Shown in pieces: positions 1 to 11,171 of a stretch of 64,000 nt of DNA. The notes below the pieces were generated by a model. That model worked only from the letters and a program-made list of their open reading frames with translations, ran no database searches and was not told the DNA's origin. Every line of letters begins with the position of its first letter. The stretch's first letter is position 1. The position numbers and the translations under genes were made by a program. Source of the DNA: Candidatus Dormiibacterota bacterium (GTDB lineage: Bacteria > Chloroflexota > Dormibacteria > Aeolococcales > Aeolococcaceae); the NCBI GenBank assembly GCA_963716365.1, contig OY970307.1, forward strand, positions 2,655,492 to 2,719,491, read 5' to 3'.

Positions 1-5
1 GCGCC

Positions 6-818
6 GTGGTCCAGATTCCTTACGCGCTGATCACCCTGCTGCTCTACTCGGTCACGGGACTCGGCGCGTTCGTGCGCTCGCCGTTCGCCTCGTTCAACCC
101 GCAGACGATCACGCCTGCTCAGGAGCAGGTACTCCTGAACACGTTCGCCGGCGTGTTCTTCGTGAGCGCGGCGCTCCTGCTGGTCACCGCCGTCGTGGTG
201 CTGCCACTCGGCGAGGCGGCCACGACCCGCTCAGTCAGTGACCGGTACCTCGATCGCCCGACGTCCCTGCGGGCCGCGTACAAGGCAGCGCTGAGCCGGC
301 TCGGGTCGCTGATCATGATGAGCCTCATCCTTGGCGGCGCCTACGTTGCGTGCTTCGTCGGGATCGTCGTGTTCGTTGCCCTGTTTGCGCTGCTCGGCGT
401 GGGCGCACTCGGTGTTGCGCTCGCGGTGCTGGCCGGCCTCGCACTCATCCCGCTGCTCATCATGGTGGCCGTCCGCACGGCGGTCGCAGCGCCCGCGATC
501 GTCCTCGAGCGTGTCTCCGGATGGCGCGGTCTGAAGCGGAGCTGGAACCTCATCGGCGGACGCTTCTGGCCGACCTTCGGCCGCATCCTGCTCCTGGGGC
601 TGATCTCCGGGATCGTCTCGGGGGTGGTCGCCAGCATCATTGACCTGCCGGGGTCGGCAATCGATCCCGGGCACAGCTTCATCTACGACCAGCTCGCGAG
701 TGCGATTGCGGCCATCTTCGTCGGCCCTGTCACGTACATCGGGGTGACCCTCCTCTACTACGACGCGCGCATCCGCAAAGAGGGGTTCGACATCGAGATG
801 CTCGCAAGCTCGCTGTGA
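6..818 (+). CDS. polytopic membrane protein, first visible gene of the MoxR-associated operon (5' end may lie upstream of the window)
   Basis: The 270-aa ORF is open to the window edge. It has several long hydrophobic helices (e.g. LILGGAYVACFVGIVVFVALFALLGVGALGVALAVLAGLALIPLLIMVAV). Its stop overlaps the next start in GTGA (815-818). Confidence 0.5.
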   Translation: MVQIPYALITLLLYSVTGLGAFVRSPFASFNPQTITPAQEQVLLNTFAGVFFVSAALLLVTAVVVLPLGEAATTRSVSDRYLDRPTSLRAAYKAALSRLGSLIMMSLILGGAYVACFVGIVVFVALFALLGVGALGVALAVLAGLALIPLLIMVAVRTAVAAPAIVLERVSGWRGLKRSWNLIGGRFWPTFGRILLLGLISGIVSGVVASIIDLPGSAIDPGHSFIYDQLASAIAAIFVGPVTYIGVTLLYYDARIRKEGFDIEMLASSL

Positions 819-1756
819 GGCGACTGCTCGTCGGCGCCATCGGTGTCATCGCGCTGATGACCACCGTTGCATCCGGGGCGACGCACGCGACTGCAGCGAC
901 GACGTGTCTCACCACGACCTACATCGGCTTGCTCAATACCGCCGACGCGGCACTGTCAGCCACGCCCGCGGAGTTTGTCGCGGCGTTGACGTCGCTGACC
1001 CAGGCCGAGGACCTCGCCCCGTCAACCGTCCCCGTGCTCGCGCCGATCATCGGCGGGCTGACGTCGACGCCGCCGGACCTCACCGGGAGCCGCCAGCGGC
1101 TCGACCTGCTCACCACGACCCTTGCGCTCCCTGCCGGATCGGCGTGCGATGTCGATTCACGCGACGCCGAGAACCTGCTGCACAGCGTGTACGCCTCGCA
1201 CGTTTTTGCCGATCTCGACCAGAACCCGGCACCCTCGATCATTCAGAGCATTGGGGCCGCGATCAACTGGGTCCTCTCCCATCTCTACGGCCTGCTCGGC
1301 AACGGCGGGTCGATCGGGCTCGGCGTGCTGGTGCTGGCGCTGATCGTCGCGTTCGTGCTCTACCGAGTGCGCGGGATGTCCGGGGGACGGCGGGCGAAAC
1401 CTGGGCAGGAGCCGGCGACGGTCGGCGACGACCCGGACGACGAGTGGGGGCTGGCGCTCGCCGCGGCGCAACGCGGTGACCACCGCGAGGCGATCCGTCG
1501 CGCGTTCCGCTCGGCGCTCCTCGATGTGACCGGCCGGCGAGCGCGCATCGATCGCGCCTGGACGACACGCGAGATGCTCGCCACGATCTCCGGCGATGCA
1601 GACCTGCTCGCTGTCGTTGCGCCTGCGGCCGACGCTTTCGACAGAGCCTGGTACGGAGACGTTCCGGTCACCGCCGCGGATTGGGACATCGCGCGCGTTC
1701 GCTGCGAGGCCGTACGCAAGGTGGCGCGGCGCGGCTCGAGCGCGCCGGCGCAATGA
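815..1756 (+). CDS. DUF4129-like membrane-anchored protein
   Basis: N-terminal signal-like segment, central TM (IGLGVLVLALIVAFVLY) and a C-terminal WTTREML...AADAFDRAWYGD segment of the kind seen in DUF4129 proteins next to MoxR/DUF58. ATGA overlap with the next gene at 1753-1756. Confidence 0.55.
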   Translation: MRRLLVGAIGVIALMTTVASGATHATAATTCLTTTYIGLLNTADAALSATPAEFVAALTSLTQAEDLAPSTVPVLAPIIGGLTSTPPDLTGSRQRLDLLTTTLALPAGSACDVDSRDAENLLHSVYASHVFADLDQNPAPSIIQSIGAAINWVLSHLYGLLGNGGSIGLGVLVLALIVAFVLYRVRGMSGGRRAKPGQEPATVGDDPDDEWGLALAAAQRGDHREAIRRAFRSALLDVTGRRARIDRAWTTREMLATISGDADLLAVVAPAADAFDRAWYGDVPVTAADWDIARVRCEAVRKVARRGSSAPAQ

Positions 1757-2900
1757 GCAGACCACCACTTTCGGCGATGCTCGTGCTGATCGCCGGGATC
1801 TGCGTGCTCGCGATCATCGCCATCGCAGCAGCGGTGCCCCCGAACGATCAGACCAACCCGTCGTCACGTTCGGCCGGAACACTCGGCAGCCTGGCGCTGT
1901 ACACGTGGTTTTCCCGGCTCGGCCTCGACGTGAACCGCATCAGCGGGGCGTTCGACCTGCACAGCAGTGACGTCGTCTTCGTGTACGACCCCACGGATCC
2001 ACTGGACTCCTCCGATGTGAAAGCGGCCATGTCGTTCCTGCGATCCGGGGGTGACCTCGTGCTCGCGCTCACACCCGACAGCCTGGCCAACGCCGCGCCA
2101 TTGCTCGGCGACATCGGCGTCAACCCGGCGCTTTCGCTGGGCCCCGGCAACGCGACCGTTGCGCAGCCATTCGACAGCACGGATCGCGTGTCATCGGTGC
2201 CGATGGGGGCGGGCCTCACGTTCACCGACCAGTCGCCGCTCGTGCCGATGCTCGTCGAGGATGGTCAGGTGGTCGTGGGGATGGTGCGTGTCGGCACCGG
2301 TCGCGCCTATGTGCTGGGCGACACGCAGCCGCTGTCGAATGACGGGCTCCGGCATGGCGACTCGGCGTTCCTCGCGCTGAGCCTGTTGCAGCGTGCTCGC
2401 GGGGGACGGATCAGCTTCGACGAGTATCACCACGGCGAGACCAATGCAACGAGCGGGGCGGGGGCGATCTTCGACGGCCCGGTCGGGCTTGCGACGGCGC
2501 TGGTGGCGCTCGTCGTCCTGTTCACCCTCGCGCTCAACGGCAGGCGCCTCGGCAAGCCGGCAATCGATGGCGGCTCGGCTGCGGTGCCGAGTGCCACTGC
2601 GTATGTGTCGGCGATGGGACAGCTCTTCTCGCGAAGCCGTCAGCGAGGACCGATCGCGGCCCGATACGCGGACGAGTTGAAGCGGCGTATCGGCGGTGCT
2701 ACCGGGGTCGACTGGCACCTCGACGACCAGTCCTTCTGCGCCGCCATTGCGGTGACCGGCGATCCGGGCGCCGCCGGGCTCGCGGCATTGCTCTCCCACG
2801 CCCGCGTGCTGGCATCGGGCCGTCCGGAGGAGAGTGAGCTGCTGCGGCTGGCGCGCGATGTCGATGCCTGCGAGCGCCACTGGATGGGCGCGCCCGTTCA

Positions 2901-2904
<4 letters not shown>
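1753..2904 (+). CDS. DUF4350-like protein
   Basis: N-terminal TM (LSAMLVLIAGICVLAIIAIAA), an ISFDEYHHGE motif followed by a second TM, and ATGA overlaps with both neighbours. The ATG at 1753 was chosen over the upstream GTG of the ORF track. Confidence 0.55.
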
Positions 2905-3899
<995 letters not shown>

Positions 3900-3909
3900 C
3901 CACCAGGCC

Positions 3910-5200
3910 ATGACCTGGCGAGGCGCCGGCCTGCTGCTGGCGTCGATCGTTGTGCTTGCGTGTGGCGCTGCGGCTTCGGCGCTCTACTACGCCGGTGTCG
4001 TCCTGGTCTTCCTCAGCGTCGCGGCGATCGTCGTCGACTCGCGACGAGCGCTCGGTGCACGCGCGCTTCGGGTCGACAGGGTCTGCGCGGACCTGCTCTC
4101 GGTCGGCGTCGCCAACCGCGTGACGCTCGAGGTCACGGTGCGCACGGCGGGAGCGTCGGCGATCGTCTACGAGCGAGTGCCCGCGGCGCTGCACGCCTCA
4201 CGCGTGCGCTGGGACGTCCGCTTGCCGGCGAGTGTCGACTACACGGTCACGCCCGTCGCGCGCGGCGAATCATCGCTCGGCGCCGTCGTCGTGCGAGTTG
4301 ACGGCCCATGGCGCCTGGGATGGCGGCAGACAACAGTCGGCGAGCCGCGGGCCGTCCGCGTCGACCCGAACCTCGCCGCGATCGATGTGTACGAGGCGCT
4401 GGCGCGGCGCGGCCAGTTGGCCGAGATCGGCTTGCGCACCATGCGAACTCCGCACCGAGGGGAGCGAGTTCGAGCGTGTGCGCGAGGCCTTTCCCGATGA
4501 CCCGCAACGCTCTATCAACTGGCGCGCAACCGCACGCACGGGACGGCTGATGGCCACCGAGCTCATCCCCGAACGCGCGCAGCCGCTCGTCATCTGTCTC
4601 GACCACGGTCGCCTCATGGGGATCGGCGCCGGCGAGCTGACGAAGCTCGACCATGCGATCAACGCGGCGCTCCTGCTCGTGCACGTCGCGTTGCGAAGCG
4701 GCGACCGTGCCGGGATGCTCGCGTTCGCCGACACCGTCACCAACACGCTGCCGCCGCGTGCGGGAGCCTCGCAGCTGCGTCGATTTCTCGACGCGACGCG
4801 TCCGATCCGTCCGGGTGAAACCGAGGCCGACTACGACGACGCTCTCAACTATTTCAGCCGCTGGCAGACGCGCCGATCACTGGTCGTCATTTTCACGGAC
4901 GTGCTCGACATGGACCAGGGGAAAGCGCTGATCCGGCAATGCGCGCGACTCCGCAAGCGTCATCTGCCGCTGGTCGTGACCGTTCGCGATCCGGCGCTCG
5001 ACGATGCAGCGAATGCGGTGCCGCGTTCCGGCGAAGAGACCTACGCGCGCGCGGTCGCGGGCGGCCTGATCGCGGATCGCGAGGACACGTTGCGCGTGCT
5101 GCGCCGTTCCGGAGTTGAAACCATCGATGCAGACGCGCGCACCCTGTCACCGCGGTTGGTGAACCGCTATCTGGACCTCAAGAGGCGAGCGCGACTGTAG
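3910..5200 (+). pseudogene. DUF58 (vWA-like) protein, reading frame broken by a +1 shift near 4441-4462
   Basis: The N-terminal TM part is in frame 1 (3910-4500). The DUF58 core EGSEFERVREAFPDDPQRSINWRATARTG and vWA-like part are in frame 2 (to 5200). Together they give about 430 aa, the normal DUF58 length. Confidence 0.7.
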
Positions 5201-5225
5201 GACAGATCGCGCCCGCCCGGAAAGG

Positions 5226-5912
5226 CTATCGGGCCTTGCCCGCGAAGTTCCGTCGGGTTGCCGGATCGAGGGCCAGCGCGAAGAACACGATGACCTTCAA
5301 CGCGAGGTAGACGAGGATGATCAGCGTGCTGAGCCCGCCGATGTCGTTGTGGCTGAGGATGTCGATCACGTACAGGATGCTCAAGACATCGAGCACGATG
5401 ATGATCCAGCGCGCGACGTTGGACGGGCGCCCGACGACGATGCCGAGGATGAAGTCGACGAGACCGATCACGAAGAACGGCACGCCGATGATGAAGAAGA
5501 GCGACGCGGCCAGATTGACCACGGCGTCGCCGAACTGCTTGACGTACTGGTCATATCCCGGAAGCGTCGCCAGGTGCGATGAACCGGCCGTCAGGATGTA
5601 GACGCCGAAGCCGATGAACGCGATGCCGGCGAGCAGGCGCAACAGGCCGAGCACGATGATGATGAACTGCGCGATCGTCAGCCAGAAGGTCCGCTTGTGC
5701 ACCTTGACCGGCGCCGCGGCGACGGGCTGCGCGGAATAGGGCTGCGGCGCGAAGGACTGCGGCTGCGGTGGGACGTACGCAGCCCCGGGATATGGATTCT
5801 GCGGCGGCTGGACCGTCGGAGGGCCGCTCGGCGGCGTAACGCTTGGCGGTTGCGGTGGTTGGCCACCGGGTGGCTGGGGCGGCAGTGCTGCCACGATTGC
5901 TCTCCTCCTCAA
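5226..5912 (-). CDS. membrane protein with Pro/Gln-rich N-terminus
   Basis: 228-aa ORF. Its N-terminal 70 aa are PQ-rich low complexity, followed by 4-5 hydrophobic helices. GC is lower than its neighbours. No family recognised. Confidence 0.45.
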   Translation of the reverse strand: MRRRAIVAALPPQPPGGQPPQPPSVTPPSGPPTVQPPQNPYPGAAYVPPQPQSFAPQPYSAQPVAAAPVKVHKRTFWLTIAQFIIIVLGLLRLLAGIAFIGFGVYILTAGSSHLATLPGYDQYVKQFGDAVVNLAASLFFIIGVPFFVIGLVDFILGIVVGRPSNVARWIIIVLDVLSILYVIDILSHNDIGGLSTLIILVYLALKVIVFFALALDPATRRNFAGKAR

Positions 5913-5949
5913 GATTGCCGTCGCGACTCGCGAGGACGGTTGCCGGATT

Positions 5950-6570
5950 CTAGACTTTGCGGACCACGAACGTACTGGCCATCTTGTCGTGCCAGCCTTG
6001 CTTCCGCGGGTCGAACGCCGCCCAGATCAGGCCGATCGACAGAACGGCCGAGCTGATGAGATAGCCGATGAAACGGCCGATCGCGCGGCCGATGCCGATG
6101 TGCTTTCCCGTGGCGGCATCGACGACGTGGAGGCCGAGCATCCTTTGCCCGAGCGTCCCGCCGAGCTGCGACCAGAGGATGACGAAGTACAGGCCCTCAA
6201 TCCCGAACGCGACGAGCTCGAACAGCGCGAGCGAGCCGCTGAAGGTGGTCGTGCACGTTCCGGCGTAAGCGCCAGTGGCAATCGCATTGTTCAGGCAGGT
6301 CGTGTACGCGCTCAGCGTCGAGCCTTCAGTCACGAAGAAGATGACGAGGATCGGGACGCCGATGATGATGCTATCGATCAGCAGGGCGACAAAGCGAATC
6401 CAGAAGCCTGCGTAGCCGATCCCCGGCGCGGGTCCAGCATGCGGCGGGCCTCCTGAGTAGGCGACGGGATACGCGGGCGGAGGCGGCGGAAGATACGGCG
6501 ACGGCGGGAACTGTCCTCCTGCCCACGGCCCCGGTGGCTGTGGCGGTGGGAGCTGCCCTCCTGAGGTCAT
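5950..6570 (-). CDS. RDD family membrane protein
   Basis: Pro-rich N-terminus, then FWIRFVALLIDSIIIG ... LGQRMLGLHVVD ... GWHDKMASTFVV, which is typical RDD-domain architecture. Confidence 0.65.
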   Translation of the reverse strand: MTSGGQLPPPQPPGPWAGGQFPPSPYLPPPPPAYPVAYSGGPPHAGPAPGIGYAGFWIRFVALLIDSIIIGVPILVIFFVTEGSTLSAYTTCLNNAIATGAYAGTCTTTFSGSLALFELVAFGIEGLYFVILWSQLGGTLGQRMLGLHVVDAATGKHIGIGRAIGRFIGYLISSAVLSIGLIWAAFDPRKQGWHDKMASTFVVRKV

Positions 6571-6641
6571 CTCGACGGCACCACTACGGCACGACAGTAG
6601 CAGGCGAACCCGGTTTGTGACTCATGCAGCCGAAACGTGAC

Positions 6642-7517
6642 TCAGGCTGCCGGCATCGCCTCCAGGGCAGCGATCACTGACCGGGTGATCTGCGTCGGCG
6701 TCGACGCGCCGGACGTGACTCCGATGCGGTGCATGCCCTTGAACCAGCTGGGGTCGATGTCCGCGGCCGTGTCCACCAGGTACGCCGGCCTGTGCCCTTT
6801 CTCGCGAACGACCTGCACCAGCCGCTGGCTGTTGCTGCTGCGCGCGCTGCCCACCACGACGACGCACTCGACGTCGTCGGCCGCGATGACGGCAGCCTCC
6901 TGACGCTCCTGCGTGGCGCGGCAGATCTCGTTGTGGACTTCAATGCTGGGGAAGCGCTCGACGAGGCGATCGATGATGGCCTGCGTGTCCCACATGCTCA
7001 ACGTGGTCTGGCACGTCACGGCGAGCGGCCATCCATCAGGCGGCTTCACGACGTCCGCCTCCTCGAGGCTCTCGACGAGCGTCGTGTGCTCGGGTGCGAT
7101 GCCGAGCACGCCGGCAGGCTCGGGATGACCGCGCTTGCCGATGTAGATGACGTGATGCCCGCTGCCCACCAGGTCACGAACGAGGTCGTGGGTGCGCGTG
7201 ACGTCGCTGCACGTCGCGTCGACGACGTTGAGCCCGCGCGCCCGCGCCGCTTCGACGACTGCCGGGGAGATGCCGTGGGCGGTGAAGATGACGGTGCCCT
7301 CGGCGACCTGGTCGAGTGCCTTCATGCGGTCGGTTTCGGCGACGAGCGCGACTCCTGACTCCTCGAGCTCGCGCGTCACGTGCTCGTTGTGCACGAGGTA
7401 GCCGAGCATCGTGACCTTCTCGGTGCCCGAGCGCGCCGCCCCCTCACGTTTGGCGATCCGGATGGCCTCGACGACGCCGTGGCAATAGCCCCGCGGCGTG
7501 ATGCGGACGACGTCCAT
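6642..7517 (-). CDS. ispH: 4-hydroxy-3-methylbut-2-enyl diphosphate reductase
   Basis: 291 aa. Motifs PRGYCHGV, FTAHGISP, ATCSDVTRTH and VVVGSARSSNSQRL match the IspH/LytB layout, including the three Fe-S Cys regions. Confidence 0.85.
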   Translation of the reverse strand: MDVVRITPRGYCHGVVEAIRIAKREGAARSGTEKVTMLGYLVHNEHVTRELEESGVALVAETDRMKALDQVAEGTVIFTAHGISPAVVEAARARGLNVVDATCSDVTRTHDLVRDLVGSGHHVIYIGKRGHPEPAGVLGIAPEHTTLVESLEEADVVKPPDGWPLAVTCQTTLSMWDTQAIIDRLVERFPSIEVHNEICRATQERQEAAVIAADDVECVVVVGSARSSNSQRLVQVVREKGHRPAYLVDTAADIDPSWFKGMHRIGVTSGASTPTQITRSVIAALEAMPAA

Positions 7518-7526
7518 AGATCCAGT

Positions 7527-8519
7527 CTACGCGGGGGTTTCCGCTGGACGGTCGAATGCAAAGACGCGGCGGCGGTGCGGATTCCGGCCCGCGAGCAGCA
7601 GCCACGAATACAGCAGGATCCCGACGAACGCCCCGATCGCGAGCTTGGCGCCGTCGGGAAGCCCCGACGGGGAGACGAACGCCTCGAGCGTGCCGGCGAT
7701 GACCAGCAGGCTCGCCGCACCGAGCACGAGCATCACCGCGTGCACGGCGACACGCGCAAGCGCCTCGCCGCGTCGTAACTGCCCGGGGCGGAGGATCGCA
7801 TCGCCGAGCATGAGCCCGGTGCCGCCGCTGATCACGATGACGCTCAGCTCGAGCACCCCGTGCGGCACGATGAGCGACCAGAACTGAAAGTCGTAGCCGC
7901 CGAGGCGAACCGCGGCCGCCACCGTGCCGAGCATCCAGCCGTTGCTGAGCAGCACGAACGCGGTCGGGATACCGAGGAACACGCCGCCCGCAAAGCAGAT
8001 CAGCGCAACGCGGATGTTGTTCTGAATGATGAAGGCGGCCGCAAATGGAGCGTCCTGCACGCCGGTGCTGATCTGCCCGCGCGCCATCTCGTCGAAGAGC
8101 GATGGCGGCACGAGCGACGAGCGCAGGTCGGGACGCACGTCGACGGCGATCCATCCGGCCACGAAGCCGATGAGCATCAACACCAGGCTCGCCGTGATGT
8201 ACGGCCACGCAGCGCGGAACGATCGCGGCAGTGCAGTCGCGAAGAATTTCCCAATCGAGCCGACTCGCATCGGGGTCCCGCGGTACAGCAGGGGATGCGC
8301 TCTGGCGCAGAGCGTGTTCAGGTACTCAGTGATGGGTGCGTCCGGATGATCGCGGCGCGCGATCGCAAGGTCACTCGACGTCTGGCGCAGCAAGAGGCCG
8401 AAACGTTCGATGTCACTGGCTGATTGCGTCCGCAGCCGTCCGCGCCGCGCTGTCTTGATGGCCAATTCGAGGCCTGCCCAGCGCACCTGACGCTCGGCGA
8501 TGAACGTATCGAGGTTCAC
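7527..8519 (-). CDS. SpoIIM-like (DUF95) integral membrane protein
   Basis: Soluble N-terminal helical part followed by 5-6 TM helices. GTG start at 8519 overlaps the upstream RDD stop in GTGA (8516-8519). This family usually accompanies RDD/DUF4129/MoxR genes. Confidence 0.55.
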   Translation of the reverse strand: MNLDTFIAERQVRWAGLELAIKTARRGRLRTQSASDIERFGLLLRQTSSDLAIARRDHPDAPITEYLNTLCARAHPLLYRGTPMRVGSIGKFFATALPRSFRAAWPYITASLVLMLIGFVAGWIAVDVRPDLRSSLVPPSLFDEMARGQISTGVQDAPFAAAFIIQNNIRVALICFAGGVFLGIPTAFVLLSNGWMLGTVAAAVRLGGYDFQFWSLIVPHGVLELSVIVISGGTGLMLGDAILRPGQLRRGEALARVAVHAVMLVLGAASLLVIAGTLEAFVSPSGLPDGAKLAIGAFVGILLYSWLLLAGRNPHRRRVFAFDRPAETPA

Positions 8520-9286
8520 GGGTTGCGTTCGTCGAGCTGCAGGTACACGCGCTCGATGAACAGCTCCGGCGGCCAACGCCGCTCCGGTGCGCCGGCGGGC
8601 AGCGCAAGCCGCTCCATCAACCGCTTGGCGATGTCATCGGAGAGGCTTGCGCGCAGCTGCGGGCTCAACCCGGGGCGCGCCAGAAACACTCGCAACGCGT
8701 CGCGTTCGAATGCGCCGAGCCGTTCGATGCCCTCGATGCCCGGTCCGGCGTCCGGGGTGCGCAGGATGATCGGCGGCGGCGCAGTGGCCGCGGCGAGCGT
8801 GATCAGCGCGCGATCGCGCACGACGACGGTCCCGGCGGCAAGGTCGCCGAGGCGGCGTGTCTGTGGCTGAAAGAACATCACCACGAGCCCCACCAGCGCG
8901 ACAGAGAGGTCGATGACGCGAACGAGGTTGCGCACCGCCACAGCACCGAAGTCAACGGCCGATCCGTCGACGCGCATCACGCGCAGCCCCATGGCGCTCT
9001 TGCCGGGCGTCTTGCCCGAGGTCACGGCCTCTGCGACGAAGAAGTACCCGAAGTACACGAAGAATGCGAAGGCGCCGAGCGCCGCGTTGGCGAAATCCGC
9101 CCCCTCGCTGGAGGTGACGAAGACGCTCGCCAGGCTCCCGGCGAGGAGCACCGCGACGAACGTCAGCGGTATGGCGACGCAGTTGTCGAGGATCTGCGCC
9201 ACGATCCGGCTGCCGACGCCCGCGACGGTGTATCCCAGCGTGACGTTGTCCGACGTCTTGACGCTGAGGGTGTCGAGCTGGGTCAC
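8516..9286 (-). CDS. RDD family membrane protein
   Basis: SRIVAQILDNCVAIPL ... GKTPGKSAMGLRVMRVDGS ... RNLVRVIDL is a typical RDD domain. It carries a C-terminal soluble extension. Confidence 0.6.
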   Translation of the reverse strand: MTQLDTLSVKTSDNVTLGYTVAGVGSRIVAQILDNCVAIPLTFVAVLLAGSLASVFVTSSEGADFANAALGAFAFFVYFGYFFVAEAVTSGKTPGKSAMGLRVMRVDGSAVDFGAVAVRNLVRVIDLSVALVGLVVMFFQPQTRRLGDLAAGTVVVRDRALITLAAATAPPPIILRTPDAGPGIEGIERLGAFERDALRVFLARPGLSPQLRASLSDDIAKRLMERLALPAGAPERRWPPELFIERVYLQLDERNP

Positions 9287-9337
9287 CGAGTCATCGTCGC
9301 ACGCGCGCGAGCGACTGTCGGCGCTGTCGCGAGACGG

Positions 9338-9550
9338 TCACTCGACGACTGCGACGGTCTGGCCCTCCTGCACCACCTGACCCTCGGCGACGAGGATCTG
9401 GGTCACGGTTCCCGAGATCGGCGTCGTGATCGGGATCTCCATCTTCATGGACTCGAGGATCATCAGCGTGTCGTCCTCCTCGACGGTCTGTCCGACCTCG
9501 ACGACGATCTTCCAAAGATTGCCGACCAGCTCGGCCTTCACTTCTGCCAC
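9338..9550 (-). CDS. biotin/lipoyl-attachment (biotin carboxyl carrier) mini-protein
   Basis: 70 aa with the biotinylation motif ILESMKMEIPI (a variant of EAMKM) inside a typical hammerhead-fold sequence. Confidence 0.85.
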   Translation of the reverse strand: MAEVKAELVGNLWKIVVEVGQTVEEDDTLMILESMKMEIPITTPISGTVTQILVAEGQVVQEGQTVAVVE

Positions 9551-9560
9551 GTTGCCCTCC

Positions 9561-11135
9561 TCACACCGGTGGCACGCCGTGCTTGCGCCAGGCGCGTCGC
9601 TGCCGTTTCGTCTCGGCCCCCTCGAGTGCCTCGATGATGACCCTTCGCGTGTCGGCCGGGTCGATGATGTCGTCCACCATGGCCCAGGATGCGGCGATGA
9701 ACGGGTCGATGGTCTCGCGCACGGCGTCGGCGAACGCCGCTCTCGCCGCCGCGGGATCGTCGGCTGCCGCGATCTGCTTGGTGAAGATGATGTCGACCGC
9801 GCCCTCCGGACCCATCACGGAGATCTCGGCGGTGGGCCACGCGACGAGCGTGTCGGGCTCGTAGCCGCGGCCGCACATGACGTAGTACCCGGCGCCATAC
9901 GCCTTGCGCAGCACCACCGTCACCTTGGGCACGGTCGCCTCGCTGACGGCGAAGAGCATCTTCGCGCCGTGGCGGATGATCCCCTGCTTCTCGACCTCGG
10001 TGCCGACGATGAAGCCGGGCACGTCCTGCAGGAAGACGAGCGGGACGTTGAATGCGTCGCAGAGCCAGACGAATCGCGCGGCCTTATCCGCGGCATCGAT
10101 GTCGAGCGCGCCCCCTTTGATCATCGGCTGGCTCGCGACGATGCCGACGCTTCGTCCGCCGAAGCGCGCGAACGCGGTGATGATGTTGCGCGCGAACGTG
10201 GGTTTGATCTCGAAGACGTGCCCGTCGTCGACGAGCCGCCGGAGCACCTTGCGCATGTCGTACGCGGCGCGTGGGTTTGCCGGCACCAGCTTCGCGAGAT
10301 CGTCGACCCGGCGATCGCGTGGGTCGGACGTCTCTCGCCGGGGAGCCGTCTCGCGATTGTTCGAGGGCAGGAATGAGAGGAACTCACGGACCGCGGTCAG
10401 GCATGCGGGATCGTCGTCCACCTCGAGGTCGCCGACACCGCTCACATAGCAATGGACCTGACTTCCGCCCATCGCATGATCCGTCGTCTCCTCGCCCGTC
10501 GCGGCTTTGACGAGCCGCGCCCCGCCGAGCGACATGCTGCTCGTGTCCTTGACCATCGGAACGTAGTCGGCAAGCCCCGGGATGTACGCCGTCCCGGCTG
10601 CACAGGGGCCGAGCATCGCCGCCACCTGCGGCACGACGCCGCTCATCTGCACTTGCTCGAAGAACAGCGCCCCGCTGCCGGCGAAGGTGCTGCCCGCCGC
10701 CTCCTGGATCCGGGCACCGGCCGAGTCGAGCAGCCAGATCATGGGAAGCCGGTTCAGCATCGCCTTCTTGCGGAGGCGAGCCACCTTGTGCTCGCCGATC
10801 ATGCCCATCGATCCGGCCATGACCGTGAAGTCGTACGCGGCGCAGTACACGCGCCTGCCATCGACGAGACCCTCGCCGGTCACCACGCCATCAGCGGGAG
10901 TGCGTTCGGGCTCTGTCGCGCCGCCGGTCATCGAGTGCTGATGCGCGAGCAGGCCGAACTCGACGAACGTCCCCGCGTCGAAGAGCAGGCCGATGCGCTC
11001 GCGCGCCGTGAGCTTGTGCCGGCTGTGCTGCTGTTCGATCCGCTCGGAGCCGCCCATGGCGCGAGAGCGCTCCCGCCGCGTGGTCAGCGCGGCGGTCAAC
11101 TCGTCGAGCCCGGGCGCCTCCGGCGGCTCGGTCAC
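9561..11135 (-). CDS. acyl-CoA carboxylase carboxyltransferase (beta) subunit
   Basis: 524 aa. Motifs [41 protein letters not shown] and AWPTAEISVMGPEGAV are the hallmarks of the carboxyltransferase superfamily. Confidence 0.85.
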   Translation of the reverse strand: MTEPPEAPGLDELTAALTTRRERSRAMGGSERIEQQHSRHKLTARERIGLLFDAGTFVEFGLLAHQHSMTGGATEPERTPADGVVTGEGLVDGRRVYCAAYDFTVMAGSMGMIGEHKVARLRKKAMLNRLPMIWLLDSAGARIQEAAGSTFAGSGALFFEQVQMSGVVPQVAAMLGPCAAGTAYIPGLADYVPMVKDTSSMSLGGARLVKAATGEETTDHAMGGSQVHCYVSGVGDLEVDDDPACLTAVREFLSFLPSNNRETAPRRETSDPRDRRVDDLAKLVPANPRAAYDMRKVLRRLVDDGHVFEIKPTFARNIITAFARFGGRSVGIVASQPMIKGGALDIDAADKAARFVWLCDAFNVPLVFLQDVPGFIVGTEVEKQGIIRHGAKMLFAVSEATVPKVTVVLRKAYGAGYYVMCGRGYEPDTLVAWPTAEISVMGPEGAVDIIFTKQIAAADDPAAARAAFADAVRETIDPFIAASWAMVDDIIDPADTRRVIIEALEGAETKRQRRAWRKHGVPPV

Positions 11136-11171
11136 CGGTCGTCCGAGCCGGTGCTCATCCGTGAGTGGCCG

